A stretch of DNA of 64,000 nt from an uncultured Methanomicrobiales archaeon (GCA_963758915.1 CAVWXH010000003.1:352001-416000), one strand, 5' to 3'; numbered from the stretch's first letter, positions 30,665 to 41,186 are shown. A program made the numbers and translations. Notes: generated from the sequence alone by a model not told the origin.

Positions 30665-31428
30665 TGGACCCCGTACTTACGGTCAGGGACCTCGCAAAGA
30701 CCTTTGTCGAGGACGAACAGGAGTGCAGGGTGCTCCAGGGGTTATCATTCGAAGCATTTCCGGGTGAAATACTCTGCATCATGGGGACTTCGGGGTGCGG
30801 GAAGTCCACACTGCTCAGGATGATCGCAGGTCTTGAAACAATTGATACCGGCTCGGCCAGCATCCACGGGGACCGGGGGGCAGGTCAGGTCAGGGCTGCA
30901 ATGGTATTCCAGGACGACGCCCTCTTTCCCTGGCTTACTGTCCGCGATAATATCTCCTATGGTCTGATGCTCGGTGACCGGGGAGCAGCTGGTGAGGGGG
31001 CTTCGAAACGGGTGGAAGCACTGCTTGACCTTGTCAGGCTGACCCCGTTCTCCACGTATTACCCGTACCAGCTCTCGGGGGGCATGAAACAGCGGGCTGC
31101 CGTTGCACGGGCACTTGCCGTCCAGCCCGGGATCCTCCTGATGGATGAACCGTTCAGTGCCCTCGACCCGTTCACCCGCCGGGAACTGCAGGATGAGATC
31201 ATCAGGATACGGGATGCTGCATCGGCTGACGGGCATCCTGTCGCAATCCTGCTCGTCACCCATAACCCGGAAGAGGCAGTCTACCTTGCCGACCGGATTA
31301 TCGTCCTTTCAGACAGACCGGCAACAATCCATGGATTGATCGATGTCAGGCTCCCTCGTCCGCGAAGTCTTTCAGACATTGGTTTTTTAGCGATCCGTGA
31401 AGAGGTAACCGGTCTTGTCAAACGGTGA
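30661..31428 (+). CDS. NitT/TauT ABC ATP-binding protein
   Basis: GTSGCGKST, LSGGMKQR, LLMDEPFSALD. Confidence 0.95.
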   Translation: MMDPVLTVRDLAKTFVEDEQECRVLQGLSFEAFPGEILCIMGTSGCGKSTLLRMIAGLETIDTGSASIHGDRGAGQVRAAMVFQDDALFPWLTVRDNISYGLMLGDRGAAGEGASKRVEALLDLVRLTPFSTYYPYQLSGGMKQRAAVARALAVQPGILLMDEPFSALDPFTRRELQDEIIRIRDAASADGHPVAILLVTHNPEEAVYLADRIIVLSDRPATIHGLIDVRLPRPRSLSDIGFLAIREEVTGLVKR

Positions 31429-31767
31429 CCTCAATGCATTTACGTTACAGAGGTATCATGAATCAGAAATTCTGATGCCACTATGTCAGGTCCCTGGCAG
31501 GTAGTCATCATTTTTTTTGGATTTATTAAAAACCAACGGTGATGCCTGATATCTTCAAATCAACCTGTCAAAATCTTATAAGCGGCCTTCTACAGTGAAT
31601 TGTACGGCTCATCCGTGTTTCCCGCCATCAGGTAGGATTTTTTTTCCAGGCGTTTTCCCTATCAATTTCTACCTCCAACACGTTTCCTGGGCACCCGATG
31701 TATCCGGAATTCATCTCATTACATTGGTCACCAATTCGTAAAATAGCCCCATTAAGTAAGATATCGC

Positions 31768-31783
31768 CAAAGACTATTTATAT
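31768..31783 (+). promoter_or_regulatory. Putative BRE/TATA promoter of the small basic protein gene
   Basis: caaagactaTTTATAt ~55 nt upstream of ATG 31836; gaggtg RBS just before the ATG. Confidence 0.55.
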
Positions 31784-31835
31784 GATAAGGTATTAATCCT
31801 CATTATCTCACCCGGATTAGGGTTTGAGGTGCTTT

Positions 31836-32051
31836 ATGGGTACTAAAATCGGAAAAGAAAAGATTGAGCGTGATAATGGTTTTCTCTATTATCTTGGTAA
31901 GGACGGATATGTCTGGGCAGCCCCGATGAAACACAACAAAACCGGGAAGAAGAAAAAAATTGGTACTGAAAAAATTGTAAGAGAAAAGGGCTTCATGTAT
32001 TACCTGGGAAAGGATGGATTCGTGGGAAAAGCCAAAATGAAGAACGCATAA
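31836..32051 (+). CDS. Small, very basic two-repeat protein (71 aa), function unknown
   Basis: KIGKEKIERDNGFLYYLGKDGYV / KIGTEKIVREKGFMYYLGKDGFV; RBS, TATA and downstream T7 tract. Confidence 0.85.
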   Translation: MGTKIGKEKIERDNGFLYYLGKDGYVWAAPMKHNKTGKKKKIGTEKIVREKGFMYYLGKDGFVGKAKMKNA

Positions 32052-32437
32052 CAATTCCCCCTTTTTTTACCACAACCAGTCTTATTAAAAGGCTTGACAT
32101 TCTGAAGCCAGCCGGACTACCTGACGGAGCCCTAAAATCCGTTATTCTTCTTTTCGCACAGAACCGATCTGCAAAAAAAAGGCCGCAGAAACGAAATAAT
32201 TTTGTCCTGCCTCAACGCAGTAAGGTCACATCATATTGTTGACCAGTTGACATTCGTTGCACACATATGCCGGAACAGGTTCATTTCCACGAACACGGAT
32301 CAGCACCGGGGCTCCACAGACGTGGCAATATATTTGAACCCCCCTGTATTCGTTTTCTGATTCCATTCAATATCACTCTATTCTTATCCTTGCCCGGATA
32401 TGAGTTATATTCTCCTGATTCACAGGAGATTGCTGAT

Positions 32438-33256
32438 TTACCGGTCCTCTGCCAGGAAACTGATTATTGCGCTGCCAAGAACCCTCGGGCACTGGTACTG
32501 CAGCCCGTGTCCGGCACCCGGGACCCGGACGAGTCGTGCTCCGGGGATTCGTTCAGCTAGCAGCCCGGCATTCTTCGCGGGGATGATGACATCCTCAGTT
32601 CCGGTAATAGCCAGTACCGGGCACCGGATCCCGGGCAACCGGTCATATGATCCCTGCCACCCGGTGAATGCCTCTGCCTGACGGGCTGCACTCTCTTCAC
32701 TTGTTATCTCGTGTACTTCAGGGCAGTACTGCCATGGATCATGCGTTGCAAGCCACTCTCCTGGAAAGAGCACGGAAAACATCCGGTCCGCCAGATCGAC
32801 GGGACTTCCGCTCTTGTCGGCGAGTGTTTCCCATGTTTCCTGCAGCATCTGTTCTGCCTTGTCTCCCCCGGAGGTCCCGGCAACGAGGATGAGCCGGTCA
32901 ACCACACCCGGCCTCGCAAGCACGAGTTCCTGTGCAATGGACGCACCCATGGAGAGGCCGAATACATGTGCGCGGGAAATCCCGAGTGCGTCCATCAGGG
33001 CAACCGTGTCGTCTGCAAAGAGGGGAATGGAGAACGGCTCGTCTGATGTGGAAGAGTACCCGGTACCCCGGTTATCAAAGATGATGACCTGGAAATGCGC
33101 AGCAAGCATCGTAAGCAGCGGGGGGTTCCATGTGTCCATCGTCGAGGCAAACCCGTTGATCATGAGAAGCGGGTACCCGGACCCGATCTCCCTGTACGCG
33201 AGCGTGACGCCGTTCACTTCAACGGTTTTCACACCCTCTTCCGGCAATCCTGCCAT
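32438..33256 (-). CDS. Alpha/beta hydrolase
   Basis: FDNRGTG, GLSMG nucleophile elbow, GTEDVII, GAGHG. Confidence 0.93.
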   Translation of the reverse strand: MAGLPEEGVKTVEVNGVTLAYREIGSGYPLLMINGFASTMDTWNPPLLTMLAAHFQVIIFDNRGTGYSSTSDEPFSIPLFADDTVALMDALGISRAHVFGLSMGASIAQELVLARPGVVDRLILVAGTSGGDKAEQMLQETWETLADKSGSPVDLADRMFSVLFPGEWLATHDPWQYCPEVHEITSEESAARQAEAFTGWQGSYDRLPGIRCPVLAITGTEDVIIPAKNAGLLAERIPGARLVRVPGAGHGLQYQCPRVLGSAIISFLAEDR

Positions 33257-33490
33257 GCCTTCACCACCTGGAATCCTGTCCTGCTCCCAACGATCCTGCT
33301 TACCATGCAGGGAGATATCCGGTCGATTGTCATTTCTTCTTTTCGATTGCTCAGATATCTGTCGTCACGGCTCCTTCATCCCCCGGAAGGTCAGGAGATC
33401 AGAGGCGGGACGAGCCACCAGGTAATCACACATACTGCATTCAGTTACATTCAAGAGTTGGAGGACGGATAGTCTGATCAGTGAAGACCT

Positions 33491-33610
33491 ATGTGCTGGT
33501 GGTGGAAGAAAGTCAAAACTGGACCTGAAAGGAAACGAACCCGGCAGGAAACCGAAGAGGAAGAAGAGGAACGGAAGACTGAAGAGCTGATTGCCCTCGA
33601 TCTCATCTGA
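33491..33610 (+). CDS. Putative 39-aa small protein MCWWWKKVKTGPERKRTRQETEEEEEERKTEELIALDLI
   Basis: Hand translation; bipartite basic then acidic composition; below the ORF-track length cutoff. Confidence 0.5.
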   Translation: MCWWWKKVKTGPERKRTRQETEEEEEERKTEELIALDLI

Positions 33611-33624
33611 ATACATACAACTGA

Positions 33625-35070
33625 TTATTTCTGCACCATTTCATGCAGTTTTTCATGCAGCCTGACCATCGCCAGCGTATCAAGTTTGCAGTATTCCCGC
33701 AATTCCACTCTTTTTTGTTGCGTTTCTTCTGCTGAATAGAGGCCCATAATCATCGAAGCAAACGTGATCATCGCATTCCCACCGTTGCTGATGGCCAGGC
33801 CATCATAGGAGAGATCAGGGACCAGGGCCGGAAGGACCACTTTAATTGAGGTTCTTCCCCTGAACTGCGGATGCTGTATACACTTTATACAAGGCTCCAG
33901 GTCTACAATCCGGTCCAGTAATGAATTCAAAGGGCCTTCCAGATCAGGGAATAGCCTGGATAGTCCGGTGATCATGGTCTTTTCATAACTGCTATAGGTG
34001 ATGATCGAGCCATCTCCAGCCAGGTCGGTGATCAACTGCCCGGCAAGTTCACGCCGGCAGTCACGTTGTGGATCTGCCAGGTAATCCCGGTGCAAAATGA
34101 TATTCCCGCAGCAGTCACAGAGGTGAATTGAATACTGGGTCGGGAATGAATCGTATGGTCCGAGATCCGGGTAACAGGGTATGGCCAGCTGGGCGGTCTC
34201 GAAATCAAGGTAGTATGACGGCCAGACCACGTGATCCAGTTTTTCTGCGAGGACGGGGTCAACAGAGATTTCCCCGCATTGTACGCACCGGACGGTTTTT
34301 GCCTGGCCAGGTGTCAGCCTGAACCCTTCAGGGATATCATGGATCGAGATATACCCTGAGGATACCAGCTCCAGAAAGGTCTTTTCACTGAGTCTTGGGA
34401 TATTGAAAATATGCTCACGTACTTCCGATCCGATGCAGGTATCAAAATGATCACATTTTTTACAATTCATCGTGAGCGTCGGAACGGGTTCTTCCGGGGA
34501 ATGGAGGGTTGTATCGATGCGGTCCAGGAGCGATTCAAATTGTTCTACGCATTTTTGGACCTCCTCTGTGCAATCCACCGTTACAAATAGTTGCTGCAGT
34601 GGCATCCCCAGCCGGTATTCCCTGCTGATGAGCTGTAACCGGATGTGGGCCGGAACAAAACCGGAATTCTTTGCAATCGTCATGGTATAGGCCATGTCTT
34701 CGATATATTCCTGCTTCTGCTGCACTCCTGATTTTACTTCAACAAGGTCCCAGGAATCCCCATTCCGGATTAGGATGTCAGCTTTTGCCACATAATTACC
34801 AGTGATAAAGGTCCCTTCAAAAATGATAGTGATACAGGGGTCTTCCATGAGTTCACGGGTCAGTGAAGCAGCGGTTTTGTTATCGGATGCAGAGACAAAT
34901 ACACCGTCAGGATGTAATTCGCGGGCTAATGTTCCGATCTTTTTTCCCTGTTCCATCCGGAATAACACGTCAGGAGTGGGTATTTCCCTGATTTTTCCAT
35001 GATGGAGACGCCAGCCGAGTGTTGGGCATTTAATCGTATTGAGGAAAATATGTTTGGAAAGCCCGGGCAT
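33625..35070 (-). CDS. DUF2779-domain protein (PD-(D/E)XK nuclease-like N-terminus, RNase H-like C-terminus)
   Basis: ADILIR..WDLVEVKS; YYLDFET; PTQYSIH; SIKVVLP; YCKLDTLAMV; start moved to MPGLSK. Confidence 0.88.
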   Translation of the reverse strand: MPGLSKHIFLNTIKCPTLGWRLHHGKIREIPTPDVLFRMEQGKKIGTLARELHPDGVFVSASDNKTAASLTRELMEDPCITIIFEGTFITGNYVAKADILIRNGDSWDLVEVKSGVQQKQEYIEDMAYTMTIAKNSGFVPAHIRLQLISREYRLGMPLQQLFVTVDCTEEVQKCVEQFESLLDRIDTTLHSPEEPVPTLTMNCKKCDHFDTCIGSEVREHIFNIPRLSEKTFLELVSSGYISIHDIPEGFRLTPGQAKTVRCVQCGEISVDPVLAEKLDHVVWPSYYLDFETAQLAIPCYPDLGPYDSFPTQYSIHLCDCCGNIILHRDYLADPQRDCRRELAGQLITDLAGDGSIITYSSYEKTMITGLSRLFPDLEGPLNSLLDRIVDLEPCIKCIQHPQFRGRTSIKVVLPALVPDLSYDGLAISNGGNAMITFASMIMGLYSAEETQQKRVELREYCKLDTLAMVRLHEKLHEMVQK

Positions 35071-35420
35071 TGCATTGAAAATTGTGGGGTAAGGGGGATA
35101 AGGGTTATGGGGGATACTAAAAAGTAATTCAGCTATGGAATTGTGATGTCTAAACAACGTTTTGGAACCGGAAGATTTCCAATCGCTGGTCGCGGAACGG
35201 ATGAATTCGTGGGCGTTAATGGTTGCCCTGATTGGCGAAGTTCAGGAGATTTGTCATTGTGGGGGGAAGGGGTGGCACAATGGAATGACGCGTTATCGGT
35301 GATGCAGGAACCATGGACGGTGCATTGTCCGGAGAAGATTACCGATGTTTTTACGAAGGCCGGGGAATTGGAGAAGAGGCAATTTTTAATCTAAAATCCA
35401 ACATGAAAAAAATTGAGTGA

Positions 35421-36713
35421 TCATTTCTCCTGACGGTTCCCCTTTCTCGTATACGGGAGGGAATACCGGTAGCTCACGATAAAGCCCATCACCAGTGCGA
35501 TGGCCATCGCAGGGATGAGTGCACTCTCAAAAACGATGGCGATGATCAGGGCAATGGCAATAGGACTCCGGAGGAGTGCGACACTGATACCGGCAATGAC
35601 GCAGACGAGGCAGACCGAGAGAGGAATGAAGGGAAAGAGCCGGAATACCAGGATCCCGACCGTACCCCCGATAAAGAAGCTCGGGAAGATGTATCCTCCC
35701 GCAAATCCGGTGGAAAAGGAGAAGGTTACGAGGACGACCTTTATCACGACAAGGACGAAGAGCAGGAGGATGCTCACCTCGAGGTAGTTATTAATGAGGA
35801 CCTGGAGCTGTTCATTACCCATGAAAAGGGCGAGAGGGAGGAGCATCCCGGCAATCCCTAATCCAAGACCTCCAATCAGCCCGAGGAGCACCGGCCGGTG
35901 CTCAAGCGGTTCGAATATTCCCCGCATTTTCTTGTACATAAGGATAAAAAATATCCCGCATGCCCCGCCAAGCACGCCAAGACCGACCGCATAGAGCAGA
36001 TCGATGTTCCGGAACTCCGCGTAGGCTGGCAACGTAAACACGTTGCCGAGGAATGAGCCGGATAGCAGGAAATAAGCCGCAAATCCTGCCGTGGCCGCAA
36101 CGATGGATGGGAGGACCGCTTTCCAGGTCATGACACCTTTCTCGAGGGTGGTCTCGATGAAAATGAGGGGGCCGGCGAACGGTGATGTCAGGAATGCACC
36201 AAAGAACCCACTGATGGCGGAGAGCGATGAGAGGGTGACGACCGGAGGGGGCATCCGGGCTTTCTCGGCAATCGTGGTACCTACCGAACCGGTAGAGACG
36301 GTCAGTGGCCCCTCCGGCCCGAGGGGCGCCCCGCAGACAAGGGAGACCAGTCCCCGGATAAAGAGTTCGATCCCCCGTTTCAGGTCAAACCGGCCTTTCT
36401 CGGTAAACTCGATAAGGTCCTCTGCCATGATGGCAATCTCACTGTTACAATAATGCCGTATCAGCCCGACACCAAGCCCCCCGAGGATACAGATCACCAG
36501 GATCAATGGATTGAAGACCGGGGAGAGGGAGTACACTGGAATCCCGCTCCACAGGAACCCGGTGATGAGATCCTCCAGGAAGAAGAAGGCGACCATCAGG
36601 AGGGCGCCGATCACCCCGACAATGGAGACAAATACAAGCAGGAGATAGAACTTCCTGGTGTTTAACGAGTCCATTTCTTCATCGATCTCTCTACTGCTGA
36701 CACTATCAGGCAT
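35421..36713 (-). CDS. ClC chloride channel family protein
   Basis: GAPLGPEGP, GFAGGYIFP. Confidence 0.9.
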   Translation of the reverse strand: MPDSVSSREIDEEMDSLNTRKFYLLLVFVSIVGVIGALLMVAFFFLEDLITGFLWSGIPVYSLSPVFNPLILVICILGGLGVGLIRHYCNSEIAIMAEDLIEFTEKGRFDLKRGIELFIRGLVSLVCGAPLGPEGPLTVSTGSVGTTIAEKARMPPPVVTLSSLSAISGFFGAFLTSPFAGPLIFIETTLEKGVMTWKAVLPSIVAATAGFAAYFLLSGSFLGNVFTLPAYAEFRNIDLLYAVGLGVLGGACGIFFILMYKKMRGIFEPLEHRPVLLGLIGGLGLGIAGMLLPLALFMGNEQLQVLINNYLEVSILLLFVLVVIKVVLVTFSFSTGFAGGYIFPSFFIGGTVGILVFRLFPFIPLSVCLVCVIAGISVALLRSPIAIALIIAIVFESALIPAMAIALVMGFIVSYRYSLPYTRKGNRQEK

Positions 36714-36951
36714 CGCTGTCTCCTTTACAGAATTAAAAACCGGGGAGTATTAAATGCCACCGCATTTACTTCGTGCCTTGTGCAGGGGAGGAGACACAGG
36801 GATGAGTATTCGTATTTTGACTGCCGGGGGTTTCTGGCGGTGACGTGATGGCAGGGACCGGATGGGGTGTTGTCCGGTGGGGAGGCAGCGGCAGAAACAG
36901 GAAAAGAGTAATACCTGTAACAACACCAGTCCTGTAAAGGGACAGGGCATA

Positions 36952-37575
36952 ATGGTAATTTCCGAACCCATCAGCAAGGTGAATTTAGAACGTATTACGA
37001 GCGGCATCTTTGCATTCACCATGACGCTGCTCGCACGCGACATCGTGACAGCGAACCAGTATGCGAACGCTTCGTTCATAACCGTCGACCAGTTTTTTAA
37101 CCACACAATCTCATCAGTCATTGATTTTGTTGGCGTATTCATCCTTCTCGCGATGTTCTGGATGCTTTTTTTCCAGATGTTCCGCCGTATGACAACCTAT
37201 GATTACCACTTTCTCCATGTCTTTATGCTCGCGTTGATGGCCATTGTATTAATTCCATTCTCCTCTTCATTCAGCAATTTAAGTGAGAATATCACATTTG
37301 CGGACCTTTTTTTCCAGGTCAATTATTTTGTGCTGGGGATAATTCTCGTGTATTTGTGGCACTATGCGAGATCGAAACCTGCTTTGCTTGACGAAGGGCT
37401 CACCAGAACAGACGCGACATTCCTCTCCTATAAGCTAGTGGTCCCTCCTTCCGTGGCACTGGCCGGGATCATACTGGCATTGACCGGCTTCAAATACCTG
37501 GATTTGCTGTATTTCGTACCGTTTATCATTTTAGGCCTGTTTTTCAGGAGCCCTCCTGCTGAGCCAGCCGATTAA
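36952..37575 (+). CDS. TMEM175/DUF1211 family K+ channel-like protein
   Basis: NLERITSGIFAFTMTLL (variant of RLEAFSDGVFAIAITLL), LIPFSS; 6 TM. Confidence 0.82.
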   Translation: MVISEPISKVNLERITSGIFAFTMTLLARDIVTANQYANASFITVDQFFNHTISSVIDFVGVFILLAMFWMLFFQMFRRMTTYDYHFLHVFMLALMAIVLIPFSSSFSNLSENITFADLFFQVNYFVLGIILVYLWHYARSKPALLDEGLTRTDATFLSYKLVVPPSVALAGIILALTGFKYLDLLYFVPFIILGLFFRSPPAEPAD

Positions 37576-37838
37576 AACCAAAATGTACGTGGGAGACGGT
37601 TCAGCATGATCCGGAACCGCTTGCAACGGTGATACCATCGCTGCTTCGGGAATATGCCCGGGTTGTTCACCAGGAGCCGTACATATGCTTTCGTCGATAT
37701 CAAAAAAGTGAGAGAGTCAGCTGCCAACAGGCCGAGGACCCCTGGTAAGAAGATGATTAACGTCGGAACATTTTTTGTTATCAGGACAGTGAGGGGCGGT
37801 GTTGATAGGCAGTAACAACAAATGCAGAATACCGCAGT

Positions 37839-38390
37839 ATGAGTGGGAGGATGAAAAAAATGGAAAAGAATGGAATTTCTACCGGTAATCCGCAGGCATT
37901 GAGATCACTCATTGTTGTTTTCTCCTACCATCATAAGAACACGGAGAAGATCGCAAAAGCCTGTGCCGAAGTGCTTGGTGCAACGGTAACAACGCCGCAG
38001 CAGGTTACGCCCGAAGAGATACATGAGTACGACCTGGTAGGCTTCGGCTCGGGGATCTACAGCGCTACATTCCATAAATCCGTCCTTGACCTTGCCGACA
38101 GGCTGCCACAGGCGGATAACACGAACGTATTCCTCTTCTCAACCTACGGGGCCCCGGCCTTCATCGCGAACAGGGAATTCGTGGAAAAAAACCACGGGCA
38201 GATCCGGGAAAAACTGCGGGCGAAAGGGTATACGGTCATTGGTGAGTTCGGGTGTGCGGGATGGAACACGAACAGTTTCTTACAATATTTCGGAGGCCTC
38301 AATAAAGGCAGGCCAGATGCCGAAGACCTGAAGAATGCGGGAACGTTTGCCCGGCAGATGAGGGAGAACGCTGAAGGAAAGACGTCATAA
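37839..38390 (+). CDS. Flavodoxin family protein
   Basis: SYHHKNTEKIA, DLVGFGSGIY, NKGRPD..DL. Confidence 0.9.
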   Translation: MSGRMKKMEKNGISTGNPQALRSLIVVFSYHHKNTEKIAKACAEVLGATVTTPQQVTPEEIHEYDLVGFGSGIYSATFHKSVLDLADRLPQADNTNVFLFSTYGAPAFIANREFVEKNHGQIREKLRAKGYTVIGEFGCAGWNTNSFLQYFGGLNKGRPDAEDLKNAGTFARQMRENAEGKTS

Positions 38391-38609
38391 CGATGGATCA
38401 GGGTAACAGCACCAGGCAGACCCTGGGAAACTAAAAAATGACAACCCGTCAGCATTGTGATTGTCACCCACTACACCATTCTTACCGTCAACTATGTATT
38501 TTTTAAAATAAGACACACTTCACTGTGATAATAAAAAAAATAACCGATATCTTAAATTTTGATAGTTAATAAGAGTTAAATCACGAATAATCGATTAAGA
38601 GGATCGTTT

Positions 38610-39485
38610 ATGGACAAGGCACATAGTTCAACCCTGGTAATCGCTGTAATGATCTGCCTCCTCGTGACGGCAGGGTGTATAACTGCCCCCGGTACCCCCG
38701 GCACACCCGCACCGGTGACCTGCCCACCTGCAGGTCAGGCAGTCAGACAACCTCAACCCGTTTCGTTCAATGCAACACCCGTCCAGTATGCACAAGTCAA
38801 CGGCGTTACGCTTGGATACCGGGAATTCGGGTCCGGAGAACCGCTCCTGATGGTCCAGGGATTCGGGGATACCATTAATTACTGGAATGAGACGTTCATT
38901 GGCATCCTTGCATCGAAATACCATGTCTATACCTATGACCACCGGGGGATGGGATATAGCAGCGAATTTAATGAGACACCCACTATTGCTCTCTATGCAG
39001 ATGATGCCGCCAAACTGATGCCAGCCCTTGGTTATGACAGCATGAACGTGTACGGAGTCTCGATGGGTTCAACGGTTTCCCAGCAGCTGGTTATCGATCA
39101 CCCTGAACGCGTCCGAAAACTTGTGCTGGATTCTGTGACCTACAGCATCCGGATCCCGGAGACTAAACTGCTGTACGATATTATTGTAGTGTCTGGTATC
39201 GATCCCAATATGACTAAGGGTGTCCACCAGGAGTCACAGGCCAACCTCGCGTGGAGCGGGTCCTGGGACCATCTTTCCGGCATTAATAAGAGTGTCATGC
39301 TCGTCGTGGGTACCGCAGACGTACTGACACCACCGCCGGTTACGTACCAGATCGCCGGGCAGATCAACGGATCGTGGCTCGTGCGGTTCAAGGATCTCCC
39401 GCATTTCGGATCCAACTATGCACCTGTCGAGTATGGAGCGAATGCACTTGCATTCCTTGGCAATAATGAATCGCCACCATATTAA
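38610..39485 (+). CDS. Alpha/beta hydrolase lipoprotein
   Basis: Lipobox TAGC; YDHRGMG, GVSMG; paralogous to 32438-33256. Confidence 0.9.
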   Translation: MDKAHSSTLVIAVMICLLVTAGCITAPGTPGTPAPVTCPPAGQAVRQPQPVSFNATPVQYAQVNGVTLGYREFGSGEPLLMVQGFGDTINYWNETFIGILASKYHVYTYDHRGMGYSSEFNETPTIALYADDAAKLMPALGYDSMNVYGVSMGSTVSQQLVIDHPERVRKLVLDSVTYSIRIPETKLLYDIIVVSGIDPNMTKGVHQESQANLAWSGSWDHLSGINKSVMLVVGTADVLTPPPVTYQIAGQINGSWLVRFKDLPHFGSNYAPVEYGANALAFLGNNESPPY

Positions 39486-39859
39486 CATAAATTCTTTTTC
39501 CGGGAAATGACCGGAATATAATTTCCCCCTTGGCAATTCTTCGATAAAATTCCATTTACTCAGGCAGGGCAGGTATTTTTATTCTTCAACGATAAGAACC
39601 TCAATCACAACATGTCCCACGGGGATATTGGCCGGGAAGGGAAAAGACGATTACATGAAATTCGTCACCGGACCAATAGATCCTTTGGTGCCGTGTCATA
39701 TACCGGTAGTTGTTCCGGGGAATCAAAACCGGTAACCCCGGTTTTATATCAATATTTGCAACACCGGGGAAATGGTATATACTCCCCTGCTCCATGCTGG
39801 TTATCTCTGGTAAATAACATAATATCTAAATTATTCCGGGGAATGGAGAAAACGATATC

Positions 39860-40072
39860 ATGACTGATAATTTAAAAGTAGAGGCCAACAAGGCCGCAGA
39901 TGATGTCCGTGTTGCGGCACATGCCACATACGATGATATAAAAGTAGCGACCCATAACGCCCTCAAAGATGCAGGGGATATATCAGATGATGCAAAAATC
40001 AGCGTTCATAAAACCGTATCTGATGTAAAAATTGCGGCACACGAAGCCGGTTCAGAATTAAAGAAGAGATAA
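39860..40072 (+). CDS. Small LEA/CsbD-like repeat protein
   Basis: 11-residue periodicity DDVRVAAH / DDIKVATH / DDAKISVH / SDVKIAAH. Confidence 0.7.
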   Translation: MTDNLKVEANKAADDVRVAAHATYDDIKVATHNALKDAGDISDDAKISVHKTVSDVKIAAHEAGSELKKR

Positions 40073-40091
40073 ACGTGGGAGGTGAAACAAT

Positions 40092-40253
40092 ATGGATTTA
40101 ATCTGGCTGGCCGTCGTATTCCTCATACTGGCATTAGTGTTCTACATTTTTGGTGCAAGAGGGATCGCCGGGTTCACAATGGAAATAGCGAAGATCCTTG
40201 TAATTATCTTCATTATCATCGCGGTCATAACATTCCTCTTTGGCCGCTTCTGA
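40092..40253 (+). CDS. DUF1328 / UPF0391 small membrane protein (53 aa)
   Basis: Hand translation MDLIWLAVVFLILALVFYIFGARGIAGFTMEIAKILVIIFIIIAVITFLFGRF; ggaggtg RBS. Confidence 0.88.
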   Translation: MDLIWLAVVFLILALVFYIFGARGIAGFTMEIAKILVIIFIIIAVITFLFGRF

Positions 40254-40364
40254 ATCTTTTTACAAAGATTCATGTTATCCTACATTTTAAAAACATCACA
40301 GAAAAAACAAGAGGGATTTTCCCCCGCAATCGGGGGAATTGGAAGTCCTTCCTGTTTTTTTATC

Positions 40365-41186
40365 TCAGAGTAGCCTTGCCCCTGACTGGTAGGTCATGGT
40401 CTTGGTGAATGAATTGATGTACCCATTTGCTGTGGATTTTTCTTCGCCCGAGAGATCTGACGCCTTTGTCAGGCTGCTGCCACTTCCACCCTGCAGATGC
40501 AGTTTCATGTACGCTGCGACAAGCCCGTAACCCGGAATAGTCCCGCTTGCGGTATTAACGCCGTGAGCATTGATGCTGTAGGCTAATGCCACCGGTATGT
40601 CCTGGGTTGCAACGACTGTCCGGCTGGATGCCTGGGTTGAGAGCGAGATAATGTTACTGTCAACGTGGCTCCCGGCCTGCGCAATATTACAGTATGCAGG
40701 GAGTGTGCTGGTGCTGGACGGTCCGAACGGACAGAGGAACTGGCCCGCAGCTGATGTCGGCATGCCTACCGTATTAATAAGCAAGCTCTCATCAGAGACC
40801 ATGTTTCCGCCATTAAGCCCCTCAAATGTTATCTGACGTAATGATTCGACATTACTCTGGGCGATGTTCTTGTTCCCGGTATCGAGGCTGAAGTCCTTTA
40901 CATACACGGTGTGCCCGTTCATCGCATTAGTGTTTTCAGAGTATACGGTGGTCTGGACAACTTCACTGTCGGATAACGGGGGGTTGTCCTGCATTGATCC
41001 GCTGCTGGAAGTCCATGCAAGATCAACTACGTTACTCGCAGACCCAACGACATCGATATACGTGGTCGTTGTGATACCCTGGATTTCAGGTGTCTGGTTC
41101 ACGCCATCTGCTGATACGCTGATGCTGAGCGCTACGAGCACCAGGAATACAGATAGAATCCAAATTATTCCTTTTCCAATTTCCAT
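40365..41186 (-). CDS. Secreted beta-rich protein, sheath-protein (MspA/SH)-like family, lacking the central inserted domain
   Basis: Collinear with 52794-53936: PEIQGI, DTGNK..QSN, GGNMVS.E, LCPF, PAYCNIAQAG, YQSG..LL. Confidence 0.75.
   Translation of the reverse strand: MEIGKGIIWILSVFLVLVALSISVSADGVNQTPEIQGITTTTYIDVVGSASNVVDLAWTSSSGSMQDNPPLSDSEVVQTTVYSENTNAMNGHTVYVKDFSLDTGNKNIAQSNVESLRQITFEGLNGGNMVSDESLLINTVGMPTSAAGQFLCPFGPSSTSTLPAYCNIAQAGSHVDSNIISLSTQASSRTVVATQDIPVALAYSINAHGVNTASGTIPGYGLVAAYMKLHLQGGSGSSLTKASDLSGEEKSTANGYINSFTKTMTYQSGARLL

Noticed and set aside
36714-36951. Fluoride riboswitch upstream of the ClC gene
   Set aside because: No GGCGATGG..TTCGCC / GCTGATGAC-type consensus found on the ClC sense strand.
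40082-40408. 108-aa ORF in the track
   Set aside because: Overlaps the recognisable DUF1328 gene in another frame.
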